Positions 54,655-63,744 of a stretch of DNA of 64,000 nucleotides are shown one piece after another. How positions within the stretch are numbered: position 1 is the stretch's first letter; each line of letters starts with the position of its first letter. A program made the position numbers and the translations under genes. The notes beneath the pieces are model-generated. The model searched no databases. It saw only the letters and a program-made list of their open reading frames with translations, and was not told where the DNA came from. The stretch comes from Acidobacteriota bacterium (GTDB taxonomy: Bacteria; Acidobacteriota; Vicinamibacteria; Vicinamibacterales; UBA2999): positions 2,861 to 66,860 of the forward strand of contig JAKFXY010000074.1 of NCBI GenBank assembly GCA_021731165.1. The letters run 5' to 3'.

Positions 54655-55514
54655 AGGTAGTACCGCATCTCTTCCGTCACGTCGGAGATTCGGCCTGGTG
54701 CGCGGGTCGTGAAGGTGTAGGGCGTCACCGTCAGGCCGGCCTCGTGTGCCATCCTCACAACCTCCGGGCGGCCGTCGAGCAACGCCTTGCCGGGCCCAAG
54801 ATCACTGGCGAAGGTCCCAGCCTCCTGCAATCCCTCTGGAGAGAGCCACCTTGTGCCGTTCCAAGGATCGATCAGGAGAGTCCGCGCGAGCCGCGGCAGC
54901 GCGGCGGTGACGTCCCGAAGCGCCCGCGGATCGAACGACTGCACCACGAGTCGCTCAGCCGGTGCGGCCGCGAGGTTGAGCCGCCGCAACGAGTCCACGA
55001 ACAAGCGGGTCATGTCGATACCGCGTTCCCGGTAGAGCGGGGGAGACTTCAGTTCCGGGTAGAGGCCGGCCGCGGTGCCGACAGCGGCGACAGCCTCCTC
55101 CCACGTCGGTATCCGCTCACTCGCGAATGTCGCGTCGAACCAGCTTCCCGCGTCGAGCCGCTTGAGCTCCGCCAGCGTGAAGTCCACTGCCAGCCAGCGC
55201 TGTCTCCCGGTGGAGGCATCGATCGTGCCGCGCGAGGGAAAGAGCTCCTCGACGTTCGTGGTCCGCTCGAGGGAGTCGTCATGCAGACAGATGAGCACAC
55301 CGTCGCGTGTGACTGCGAGATCCTGCTCGACGTAGTCGGCGCCCTGGGCGATTGCGAGCCGGTACGATGCCAGCGTGTGCTCGGGGGCGTAGGCGGACGC
55401 GCCGCGGTGGGCGATGAGTTTCTTGTGGCCGACCACCGATTCGCGTTCCTGCCCTGGGATTGTCACGCAGAGCAGGACCGTCGCGCACGCCGCGAGACTC
55501 ACAATCGATTTCAT
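54579..55514 (-). CDS. secreted glycerophosphodiester phosphodiesterase
   Basis: ATG 55514 gives a signal peptide. LIAHRGASAYAPEHT and YVEQDL GDPD motifs. ATGA overlap with the phytase stop. Confidence 0.85.
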   Translation of the reverse strand: MKSIVSLAACATVLLCVTIPGQERESVVGHKKLIAHRGASAYAPEHTLASYRLAIAQGADYVEQDLAVTRDGVLICLHDDSLERTTNVEELFPSRGTIDASTGRQRWLAVDFTLAELKRLDAGSWFDATFASERIPTWEEAVAAVGTAAGLYPELKSPPLYRERGIDMTRLFVDSLRRLNLAAAPAERLVVQSFDPRALRDVTAALPRLARTLLIDPWNGTRWLSPEGLQEAGTFASDLGPGKALLDGRPEVVRMAHEAGLTVTPYTFTTRAPGRISDVTEEMRYYLYDLGVDAVFTDNPDRFPREASAGR

Positions 55515-56605
55515 CGCGCAGCCTCCTTCGAGAGCCGTCGCTGGACGTCGGTCCACCGGTAGAACTGGAAGTTGCGGCCGCGGCTGTTCATCATCACCAG
55601 CAGCCCGCCGCGGAAATCGCCGGGCAGCCCGCCCGACACGATCTCGAGGCCGTCGGTGCTGTCTGCCGAGGTCACAATCGCCGTGCCGATGCCGTGGTCG
55701 TGTGGGCGCCCCTTCGTGCCCTCGCGTGGGTAGAGGCGAAGCTCGGTGGCTCCTTCGATTTGATCGCTCGAGGCCAGGAAACCGGTGCCGTCGCGCCGGC
55801 GGAAAATGCCGAGGCCTTCGCGCTGTTGCGTGAATCCCGTGAGGCCGAAGACCGCCAGCTCGCGGCCGGCGTCGCGATGGTCGGGGTCCGCGTGCCACTT
55901 GCGCAGCGCGTACTCTTCATCCGCGTAGTAGACGTACCCGAGCTCGTCGTCCACCGCCACGGCTTCGATTTCACCGCTGCCGCTGAAGGAACCGAAGCGG
56001 CGAACGAGCCTCCCATTGACACGGCCAGTGGCGGGATCCGTCTCGAGTCTGTACTGCCAAAGATAGTTCGTCAGACCGCCTGTCTTCGGCGCGACGATCG
56101 CGAATATCGCGCCGTCGCGAGGGCGTCGATACAGGGAGATGCCCATCGGCATCGCGGCCTCGCCAGCCTCGCCATCGAGAACCGGTACACCCGTTCCACC
56201 GTCGAGTGGTGCGAGTCCTCGCTCGTCAATGCGAAAGACGCGCAGCCGCCGCCGCAGCCGCTCGGTGACGACGGCGATGTCGATGGCGCCGCTGGCTGTC
56301 GGCATGCCGTACTCGACATCGACGTTGTTCGGACGGTCGAGTGGCGCGACCACCTGTTGCACCGCTCCATCGAGATCGAACACGTACAACGCACCTCCGG
56401 GTGCCGCGATCTTGTTCGTGCCGAGCACCAGGCTGCGTGTGGGGTCGCGTCTGTTGATCCACACGGCGGGATCGTCCGCGTCGTCGGCCACCGCTGAGCT
56501 GGATCGCACCGGTACGAGAGGTGCACTCGGCGACAGCTCGTCCGCTGGGCCTCGGACGATCACCGCCGCCACCGCAATGGGAATCAGCCACGGCCATGCC
56601 GACAT
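55511..56605 (-). CDS. beta-propeller phytase (3-phytase family)
   Basis: Signal peptide. DDADDPAVWINRRDPTRSLVLGTNK and repeated propeller blades, as in BPP phytases. Confidence 0.8.
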   Translation of the reverse strand: MSAWPWLIPIAVAAVIVRGPADELSPSAPLVPVRSSSAVADDADDPAVWINRRDPTRSLVLGTNKIAAPGGALYVFDLDGAVQQVVAPLDRPNNVDVEYGMPTASGAIDIAVVTERLRRRLRVFRIDERGLAPLDGGTGVPVLDGEAGEAAMPMGISLYRRPRDGAIFAIVAPKTGGLTNYLWQYRLETDPATGRVNGRLVRRFGSFSGSGEIEAVAVDDELGYVYYADEEYALRKWHADPDHRDAGRELAVFGLTGFTQQREGLGIFRRRDGTGFLASSDQIEGATELRLYPREGTKGRPHDHGIGTAIVTSADSTDGLEIVSGGLPGDFRGGLLVMMNSRGRNFQFYRWTDVQRRLSKEAAR

Positions 56606-56700
56606 GCCGCGGCATCATAGCGAGCCGGTACAACGCTGGCGTTACGACAACTTGATGCCGGCGTCACGCGCGCGGTAAATGGGGCCGATACGCTCGGCCC

Positions 56701-59388
56701 ATGCTCAAACAGATACTTCTTGCCGCCGCATTGCTGGCTCCCGTCGCCGCGATCGCACAAACATCCCTGGGGTCCATCTCCGGACAGGTCACCGACGCCG
56801 GTACCGGCGCGCCGCTCGCCGGTGCCAGCATCACAGTGGAGGGGATGCCGCTCAGCGCGGCATCCGATCGCGCCGGCCGCTTCAGCCTCGTGAACGTCCC
56901 GACCGGAACACACACGCTCGTGATCACCTACCTCGGTCACGGTGACGAACGTGCGCAGGTGATGGTCGCCGAAGGAGCGACCCTCGCTGTCGAGGTGCGG
57001 CTGAACCGCATCGCCTACTCGGAGCTCGTGCAGGTGACCGGGGAGTCAATCGGGGAAGGGCAAGCACAGGCGCTCAATCAGCAGAAGACGGCGCCCAACA
57101 TCACCAACGTGGTGTCTGCCGATCAGATCGGCAGCTTTCCGGATCCGAACGCCGCCGAGGCCGCGTCGCGAATCCCTGGCGTGTCGATCGCGCGCGACCA
57201 GGGAGAGGGTCGCTACATCCTGATTCGGGGCACCGAGCCGCGCCTCAACTCGGTGATGATCGACGGCGAGCGGATCCCGTCGCCGGAGGATACCCGGCAA
57301 ATCATGCTCGATGCCGTTCCGGCGGACCAGCTCCAGAGCATCGAGTTGTCGAAGGCGGTGACGCCGGACATGGATGCGGACTCGATTGGCGGTGCCGTCA
57401 ATCTCATCACCAAGCAGGCCGTCGGCAGGCCGACGATGCTGTTCTCGCTCGCGGGCGGGTACAACCCGCTGCAACGCGAGTATGGCCAGGGTCAGTTCAC
57501 CGCGACAGTCGGCCGCCGCGTCGCGAACGGGCGGGTCGGTCTCTTGGCAGGAGCCAGCGGATCCTCGCTGCACCGGGGCTCCGAGAACTTCGAGGCGACC
57601 TATGACGCCGGGAACCTCGCGGACCTGCAGCTGCGCGACTACCAGATTGCGCGTGAGCGGTACGGCGTCAACGTGTCGTCCGATGCCCGCGTCGGCAGCG
57701 GGTCGCTGACATTCAAGAGCATCTTCAACGAGTTCAAGGACTACGAGGTCAACAACCGAGAGCGGTTCAGGCCGGGCAACAGCCGCATCGAGCACGTGCT
57801 CAAGAACCGGCATCAGACCGATCACATCAGGTCCGTGTCCGGCGCCGGCCAGCATCTGATGGGATCGGGGACCACGCTCGACTATCGCCTGGCCTGGGCG
57901 CATGCGCGCGAGGATCAGCCGGACCGCCTCGACACGATCTTCAGGCAGAGCCGCATCAACTTCTCGCCGAACGTGTCGGCGTCGTCCATCGATCCCGGGA
58001 ACATTCAGCCGAATCCCTCCGCGGACAATCCTGCGGCGGCCACGCTCAATGCCTGGGAGACGGAGATCTTCGAGTCCAACGATCGCGACATCACCGGGTC
58101 CTTCAACCTCCGTGTGCCGCTGTCGTCGGGCGCCCGGATCGCCAGGTTCCTGAAGGTCGGTGCGAAGGTGAAGGACAAGCGCAAGACCAACGAGTTCGCG
58201 GTGACCACGGCGTCGCCGGTGTCGCCGGTGCTCTTCCCGGAGCTCCAGGACACGGGTTTCGACAACTCCCGCTTCCTCAGTTTCTTCCCGGCCGTCTATC
58301 CGAAGTTCCCCGGCATCAAGGCCGACGCCTCGCGAGCGATGTTCAACGCCCTGCCCGCCTCGCGCGTCGTCCTCGATCACGAAGGGGACGCGGAGAACTA
58401 TGAGGCGACCGAGCGCCTCTTCGCGGGCTATGCCATGGCCGAGATCTACGTCGGCGACAAGCTGCTCGTGCTGCCAGGTATTCGCTACGAGTCCACGAAG
58501 GTTGACTACCTTGGCTATCAGGTGCTCTACGACGACGGCGGCGACTACGTGTCAACCCAGTCCGTCACGGGGGGCGATACCCACGGATTCCTCCTTCCAG
58601 GCTTTCACGTCAGGTACAGCATCGACCCTTCGACGAACCTGCGCCTGGCGTACACCAGGACCCTGGCGAGGCCGAACTACTACGACCTCGTGCCATACCA
58701 ACTGGTGTTTCAGGAGGACGGGGAGATCTCGCGCGGAAACTCGACGCTGAAGCCGACGACCTCGAGCAATGTCGATGTGCTGGTCGAGCACTACCTCCAG
58801 TCGGTGGGTGTTATCTCCGGTGGCGTGTTCTACAAGAGGCTGAACGACTACATCTTCCCGTTCCGATTCCGGGAGGCCGCGTTCGGCGATACTTTCCAGG
58901 TGACGCAGCCGCGCAATGGCGACGCGGCATCGTTGTGGGGAGCCGAGCTGGCGTTCCAGAATCAGCTCCGGTTTCTGCCACGCCCGTTCGACGGACTCGG
59001 CATCTACGCGAACCTCACGCTGACGCATTCCTCGGCCGAATTCCCCGATCGCGATCAGCGGTCCACGCTGCCAGGGCAATCTGCCCGCCTTGGCAACATC
59101 GCGCTGTGGTACGAGAAGGCGGGGTTCTCCGCGCGCTCGTCCTGGAACTTCCACGGAAAGTACGTTGACGCCGTGGGCGACTCGGCGGCGACCGACGTCT
59201 ACTACGACGACCATGTCCAGTGGGACCTGTCGTTCAGCCAGCGCCTCCTGCGGCAGGCACGGGTTTACGTGGACGTCCTGAATCTGACGAACGCGCCGCT
59301 GCGCTACTACGAGGGGACGTCGAACCGCCCGATCCAAGAGGAGTACTATCGATGGTGGGCGAGCGTTGGCGTGAAGCTCAGCTTCTAA
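56701..59388 (+). CDS. TonB-dependent receptor with CarboxypepD_reg N-domain
   Basis: Signal peptide, a GQVTDAGTGAPLAGASITVEG regulatory-like domain, a plug, and a barrel ending ...VGVKLSF. Confidence 0.9.
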   Translation: MLKQILLAAALLAPVAAIAQTSLGSISGQVTDAGTGAPLAGASITVEGMPLSAASDRAGRFSLVNVPTGTHTLVITYLGHGDERAQVMVAEGATLAVEVRLNRIAYSELVQVTGESIGEGQAQALNQQKTAPNITNVVSADQIGSFPDPNAAEAASRIPGVSIARDQGEGRYILIRGTEPRLNSVMIDGERIPSPEDTRQIMLDAVPADQLQSIELSKAVTPDMDADSIGGAVNLITKQAVGRPTMLFSLAGGYNPLQREYGQGQFTATVGRRVANGRVGLLAGASGSSLHRGSENFEATYDAGNLADLQLRDYQIARERYGVNVSSDARVGSGSLTFKSIFNEFKDYEVNNRERFRPGNSRIEHVLKNRHQTDHIRSVSGAGQHLMGSGTTLDYRLAWAHAREDQPDRLDTIFRQSRINFSPNVSASSIDPGNIQPNPSADNPAAATLNAWETEIFESNDRDITGSFNLRVPLSSGARIARFLKVGAKVKDKRKTNEFAVTTASPVSPVLFPELQDTGFDNSRFLSFFPAVYPKFPGIKADASRAMFNALPASRVVLDHEGDAENYEATERLFAGYAMAEIYVGDKLLVLPGIRYESTKVDYLGYQVLYDDGGDYVSTQSVTGGDTHGFLLPGFHVRYSIDPSTNLRLAYTRTLARPNYYDLVPYQLVFQEDGEISRGNSTLKPTTSSNVDVLVEHYLQSVGVISGGVFYKRLNDYIFPFRFREAAFGDTFQVTQPRNGDAASLWGAELAFQNQLRFLPRPFDGLGIYANLTLTHSSAEFPDRDQRSTLPGQSARLGNIALWYEKAGFSARSSWNFHGKYVDAVGDSAATDVYYDDHVQWDLSFSQRLLRQARVYVDVLNLTNAPLRYYEGTSNRPIQEEYYRWWASVGVKLSF

Positions 59389-59402
59389 AGATTACGCCGA
59401 CG

Positions 59403-59440
59403 TAGCGGCGCCGTGGCGAGTCCTTCGCACGGCGCCGCTA
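59403..59440 (+). terminator. strong hairpin after the TonB receptor gene
   Basis: TAGCGGCGCCGTG-(12 nt)-CACGGCGCCGCTA, a 13-bp perfect stem starting 15 nt after the stop. No U-tract. Confidence 0.5.
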
Positions 59441-59447
59441 TCGTCGG

Positions 59448-60053
59448 GTGGTGCCTCAGACATTCCTCATTTCGCTCATCGTTGCCCTTGCCGTGGTGGT
59501 GCCGGCCGCGGGTGCCGCCACGGATACGTCCCCGTACCGGCGCGTTCGCCAGATGGATCTCGTCCTCGACGCGCTCGTTCACTCACTCGCTGACAGCTCA
59601 CCGACCTTGCGCGCCTCCATCGACGCGCTGGAGCGATCGGACCTGATCGTGCACGTGGTGCGGAGACGGCAGCCGGCCGGCATCATCGGCTCGACCGTAT
59701 TCGTCGTCGCGGCTGGCGGCGTCAGGTATCTCCGGATCGCCATCAGCCCTGACGTCGTGGGGGCAGCGGCGGTGTCGCTGCTCGGGCACGAGCTCCATCA
59801 CGCGGTCGAGATTGCGGCCGATCCCTCCGTGATCGACGCGGCGAGCCTCAGCGCCCTCTACGAGCGCATCGGAGAGCACTGCGGCTCGACGTGGCGGAAG
59901 GCGTACGACAGTCCGGCGGCTCGTGATGCCGGGCGGGATGTCGCCCTGGAGCTAAGGCGTGGACGGGTAGCCGTGGCCGCTGAATCGCGGCGCGTCCGAC
60001 ACGCGGGATTTACGCCGCCGCCGTCACCTCGACATCACGCGAGCGTAGAGTGA
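59448..60053 (+). CDS. secreted hypothetical protein with HExxH motif
   Basis: Signal peptide. LLGHELHHAVE. No family recognised. Confidence 0.4.
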   Translation: MVPQTFLISLIVALAVVVPAAGAATDTSPYRRVRQMDLVLDALVHSLADSSPTLRASIDALERSDLIVHVVRRRQPAGIIGSTVFVVAAGGVRYLRIAISPDVVGAAAVSLLGHELHHAVEIAADPSVIDAASLSALYERIGEHCGSTWRKAYDSPAARDAGRDVALELRRGRVAVAAESRRVRHAGFTPPPSPRHHASVE

Positions 60054-60307
60054 GTGCGAGGAAGAACGACATGATGCTTACAACCGCCAGTGTGGACGAG
60101 GGGATGAATGCGCCGTTCGCCGATGCAGTGCGCAGGGCGCGCGCGGAGTTTCTCGAGATGCCTGGCCTGCGGCTCACGCTTGCGCAGGCCGCGCGCCTCT
60201 GGGCCATGGACATCGACCTGTGCGAGGCGGCGCTCGCGACGCTCGTGGAAACCCGGTTCCTCGTGCGGACGTCGAAGGCACACTTCGCGCGCGCGACCGA
60301 CGCCTAG
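60050..60307 (+). CDS. small hypothetical protein, possibly winged-helix-like
   Basis: GTGA overlap with the upstream gene. FLEMPGLRLTLAQAARLW...LVETRFLVR. Start uncertain (internal Met residues). Confidence 0.35.
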   Translation: MSARKNDMMLTTASVDEGMNAPFADAVRRARAEFLEMPGLRLTLAQAARLWAMDIDLCEAALATLVETRFLVRTSKAHFARATDA

Positions 60308-60316
60308 CAGGGATGG

Positions 60317-61774
60317 TTAGAGCAGGAACGCGCTCGCCAGCCCCAGGAACAGGAAGAAGCCCGTGGCGTCGGTGATGAAGGTCAGCAGCACGCTCGAGCC
60401 CTGAGCCGGGTCACGACCGCTTGCGTGGAGGACCAGCGGAATCGCCACACCGGCCAGCCCGGCGACCACGAGATTCAATACCACCGCACCGCTCATCACC
60501 AGGCCGAGTCCCAGATTCCAGTAGAGCATCACGGCCACCAGTCCCACCACCACGCCCCACACCGACCCGTTCAAGAGGCTCACGGCGAGCTCCTTGTTGA
60601 CGAGCCGGCGGGCACCGCCCGGTTGAATGCGATCGACGGCAATCGCCCGGATGACCAACGCCATCGTCTGGTTACCGGTGTTGCCGCCGATGCTGGCCAC
60701 GATCGGCATGAGCGTCGCCAACGCGGCGAGCTGTTGAATGGTGCCCTCGAACCGGCCGATCACGCGGGACGCGAGAAATGCCGTAACGAGGTTGATGCCC
60801 AGCCACGGCCAGCGGTTTTTCGCGCTGGTCCATGGTGCCGCGAACAAATCCTCGTCTCCGCTCAGGCCCGCGTCCTTGAGAGCACGAAGGCTCGAAGCCT
60901 GTCGGACGTAGTCCATGACGGAATCGACGGTGAGCCGGCCCACCAGCTTGCCGCGCGCGTCCACGACCGGCGCCGACACGAGGTCGTAGCGTTCGAATGC
61001 CCTGACGGCGTCGCTGGCGGGGTCCCGCGGACCGAAGCGCACGTCGTCCTCGCGCAGCACCGCGACGATGGGGGAGGACGGCGCCTCGAGGAGCAGCGCC
61101 TGAAGCGGGACCGTCCCCCGCAGCACGTGGCGGCTGTCGACGAGGAATATACGGTCGGTCTGCGCCGGCAGCGTGCTGCGCTGCCGCAGCTCGTCAAGGG
61201 CCTGCTGAATCGAGTGCGTCTCCGGTAGTGCGACCCACTCACGTGTCATGTAGCGGCCGACGCAGTCGTCCTCGTAGCGAATCGAATCCTCGAAGGCCAC
61301 GCGATCGCTGGACTCGAGGCGACGGGAGACGTCGGCGAGCACGTCTTCGGGCAGGGAGTCCGACACGTAAGCGAGATCCTCTGGATCGAGAGTCGAGAGG
61401 CGGGCAATCAGGTCGTCGCGCGAGGAGGAGTCCACCAGGGAATCGCGCACCGCCTCCGACACCTCCACGAAGACGAGCCCCGCGTGCTCGGGACGAAGCT
61501 GCTCCCACACCGTCCGACGATCGTCCGGGGCCAGCGCCTCCAGTACGTACGCGAGGTCGGCGGCGTGCATCACGCGAAGGTGCTTCTGGAGCTCCGCCAG
61601 GTTCTGGCGCTGCTGGAGACTGTCAAGGAGGTCCTGGTTCGGAGCTGCCTGGCGATGGGTCAGCGTTTCGAGCACGCGGTGCCTCGACAGCAGCCGCGTA
61701 GTTTCGACAAGGCTCTCCTGCAGACGCGCATCGGAACGAATGCTGGTCATGGCGACACTCCTGAATGTCGCCAT
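60317..61774 (-). CDS. mgtE: magnesium transporter MgtE
   Basis: MgtE N-domain, a CBS pair, and five C-terminal TM helices (GNTGNQ block). Confidence 0.9.
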   Translation of the reverse strand: MATFRSVAMTSIRSDARLQESLVETTRLLSRHRVLETLTHRQAAPNQDLLDSLQQRQNLAELQKHLRVMHAADLAYVLEALAPDDRRTVWEQLRPEHAGLVFVEVSEAVRDSLVDSSSRDDLIARLSTLDPEDLAYVSDSLPEDVLADVSRRLESSDRVAFEDSIRYEDDCVGRYMTREWVALPETHSIQQALDELRQRSTLPAQTDRIFLVDSRHVLRGTVPLQALLLEAPSSPIVAVLREDDVRFGPRDPASDAVRAFERYDLVSAPVVDARGKLVGRLTVDSVMDYVRQASSLRALKDAGLSGDEDLFAAPWTSAKNRWPWLGINLVTAFLASRVIGRFEGTIQQLAALATLMPIVASIGGNTGNQTMALVIRAIAVDRIQPGGARRLVNKELAVSLLNGSVWGVVVGLVAVMLYWNLGLGLVMSGAVVLNLVVAGLAGVAIPLVLHASGRDPAQGSSVLLTFITDATGFFLFLGLASAFLL

Positions 61775-61837
61775 CTTTTACCGCACCCGTGTGGCGAATC
61801 GATGTCGTTGGAAGGGGCCGAGGTCGCTCACGCGTTG

Positions 61838-63496
61838 TTATCGCGACAGGCGCAGCGCGTGCGCCATCACGTGGAAGACGTAGTGCTGTTCCCGAACACC
61901 GTGGAACAGGTGCGAGGCCGGACCGCCGGCATAAATCGCGACGTCTTCCCCTGAGTGGGTCTCGCTCCCGAGTGGCACAGAGACCTCCTGCAGATAGTCC
62001 GGATCGGCCGTGTCGTGCCAGGTGAGGTCGGGGCGGCTCCGCGGCATGTCCGACACCGCCCAGGGCACGTGCGGGAACCGCTTCGGCCCTTCCGGCTGGG
62101 TGGGCGACCCACCCGAGAAACCGGGGCCATTGTGATACGCGAGCGTCGTGTAGGGTTTCCCGAGCAGGTCCAGCTCCGCGTACGCCGGCGACGTGCCGTC
62201 GGCGTTGTTATCCCGCGCCAGCCCGAGAATGGGATTGCCCCGCCTCGCCGACCCCGAAAGGGTCAGGCCATGGCTGTGATCCGCCGTGACGACAATGAGC
62301 GTGTCATCCCGCCACGTGCGCTGCATCGCCAGTCGAACGGCGTTCGAGAGCTCGATCGTGTCGGTGAGCGCCCTGAAGGCGTTCCCTCCATGGTGTGCGT
62401 GGTCGATGCGTCCGGACTCGACCATCAGGAAGTAGCCGCGCGGGTTACGCGACAGGATGTCGAGCGCCTTCGACGTCATCTCGGTCAGCGACGGCTCGCC
62501 CGCGGGGTCGCGGTTCCGATCGTGCTCGTACTGCATGTGGGACGGCTCGAAGAGCCCGAGCAGGTGATCAGTGTGCGTGGGATCGACCGCCCTGAACTGT
62601 TCCGCATTCCAGACATACTGGCCGTGATGACGCTGGCGTACCCACTCGCGCGCCAGATCGCGGCCGTCGAGGCGGGCACCGGTCAGCTTGGGGTACTCCG
62701 GATCGACGACGTCCTTGGGCAGGAAGGACAATCGTCCTCCGCCAAGCGCTACCTCGATTCCGTTGCCGTGATGGAACTCGGCGAACTGGCGCGCGATATC
62801 GGGATAGCCGGCCTTCCGCGCCGCCTCGGGCGTAGACGCATCGTCCTCCCAGTCACGATTCACGGTGTGCGCGTAGGTCGCGGCGGGCGTCGCGTGGGTC
62901 AGGCGCGCCGTGGACACGATGCCGGTGGAGAGCCCGGCGTCTTCGGCCAGCTCGAGCAGTGTGGCAAGCTCGTGTCCCGCCGCACTGGCGAAGTCGTCGT
63001 GCACGGCTGCCTGGTCGAGGGCGAGGATGCTGTCATTGGTCTTCACGCCCGTCACCATCGCCGTCATGGTGGGAGCGGAGTCGGAGACCTGTTGATTGAC
63101 GGAGTAGGTCTTCGACAGCGCAAGGTAGGGGAGCGTCTCGAACGCGAGTTGGTGGTCCTCGCCCCTGCCGCCCTGCATCTGTCCCTCGAGGATCCGCGAC
63201 GCGGTGACGGTGGAGACTCCCATCCCGTCGCCGACGAAGAGGATGACGTTTTTCGCCCGCACCCTCGGCTGGGTCATCTGCAGCGCGGCGTCGAGGGTCG
63301 CCTTCCCCTCGGCGTACCACTGGCTCGCGCTCTCCGTGCGCGGACCGTTCTGCGCCGCGCGCGCCGCCGGAAGCCATGCTCCGATGATGCCGCCAGCCAG
63401 GCCGGTTGCCACCATCAGCGAGGCAAGCCTGAACCGCCTGTGCCCGAGTCCGGCGCGCCGGACAAGGCCCGCCACACGCTCAAGAATCCGTTTCAT
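61838..63496 (-). CDS. phoA: alkaline phosphatase (PhoA family)
   Basis: ATG 63496 is preceded by AAGGA. Signal peptide. Active-site VSDSAPTMTA and metal ligands VVTADHSHGL. Confidence 0.85.
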   Translation of the reverse strand: MKRILERVAGLVRRAGLGHRRFRLASLMVATGLAGGIIGAWLPAARAAQNGPRTESASQWYAEGKATLDAALQMTQPRVRAKNVILFVGDGMGVSTVTASRILEGQMQGGRGEDHQLAFETLPYLALSKTYSVNQQVSDSAPTMTAMVTGVKTNDSILALDQAAVHDDFASAAGHELATLLELAEDAGLSTGIVSTARLTHATPAATYAHTVNRDWEDDASTPEAARKAGYPDIARQFAEFHHGNGIEVALGGGRLSFLPKDVVDPEYPKLTGARLDGRDLAREWVRQRHHGQYVWNAEQFRAVDPTHTDHLLGLFEPSHMQYEHDRNRDPAGEPSLTEMTSKALDILSRNPRGYFLMVESGRIDHAHHGGNAFRALTDTIELSNAVRLAMQRTWRDDTLIVVTADHSHGLTLSGSARRGNPILGLARDNNADGTSPAYAELDLLGKPYTTLAYHNGPGFSGGSPTQPEGPKRFPHVPWAVSDMPRSRPDLTWHDTADPDYLQEVSVPLGSETHSGEDVAIYAGGPASHLFHGVREQHYVFHVMAHALRLSR

Positions 63497-63568
63497 CGAT
63501 CGTCCTTCTCTCGGAGACCAGCATAAGAGCTGACGATGGCGCCGGTGCGACGACGGTACGACGGTCGT

Positions 63569-63591
63569 GTGATTCGGCGCCACCGAATCAC
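63569..63591. promoter_or_regulatory. perfect inverted repeat GTGATTCGG-cgcca-CCGAATCAC
   Basis: 9-bp arms with a 5-nt spacer, in the phoA / TonB-receptor divergent intergenic region. Confidence 0.4.
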
Positions 63592-63744
63592 GTCAGCCGG
63601 CAGCCATGCCGTCTTGATTCCCGTCTTTTAACGCGATCGGATCGACGGCGTCACGTCCTCGTTACACCCCCCGCCTAGGCTCGCTAGTGACGTCTGAGGC
63701 AGGCGTCTTCCGCGTGCCCCGCTGGCATGCCATCGGAGGAGTGA

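Noticed and set aside
57046-58380. 444-aa minus-strand ORF inside the TonB receptor gene
   Set aside because: It is antisense to a gene with plug, barrel and terminal-Phe features, so it is a shadow ORF.
61775-61837. Possible M-box riboswitch upstream of mgtE
   Set aside because: Only 63 nt separate the mgtE start from the phoA stop. That is far too short for an M-box aptamer, and no conserved elements are seen.
61955-63526. 523-aa plus-strand ORF
   Set aside because: It is antisense to phoA, whose active-site DSAPT and DHSH motifs are unambiguous on the minus strand.
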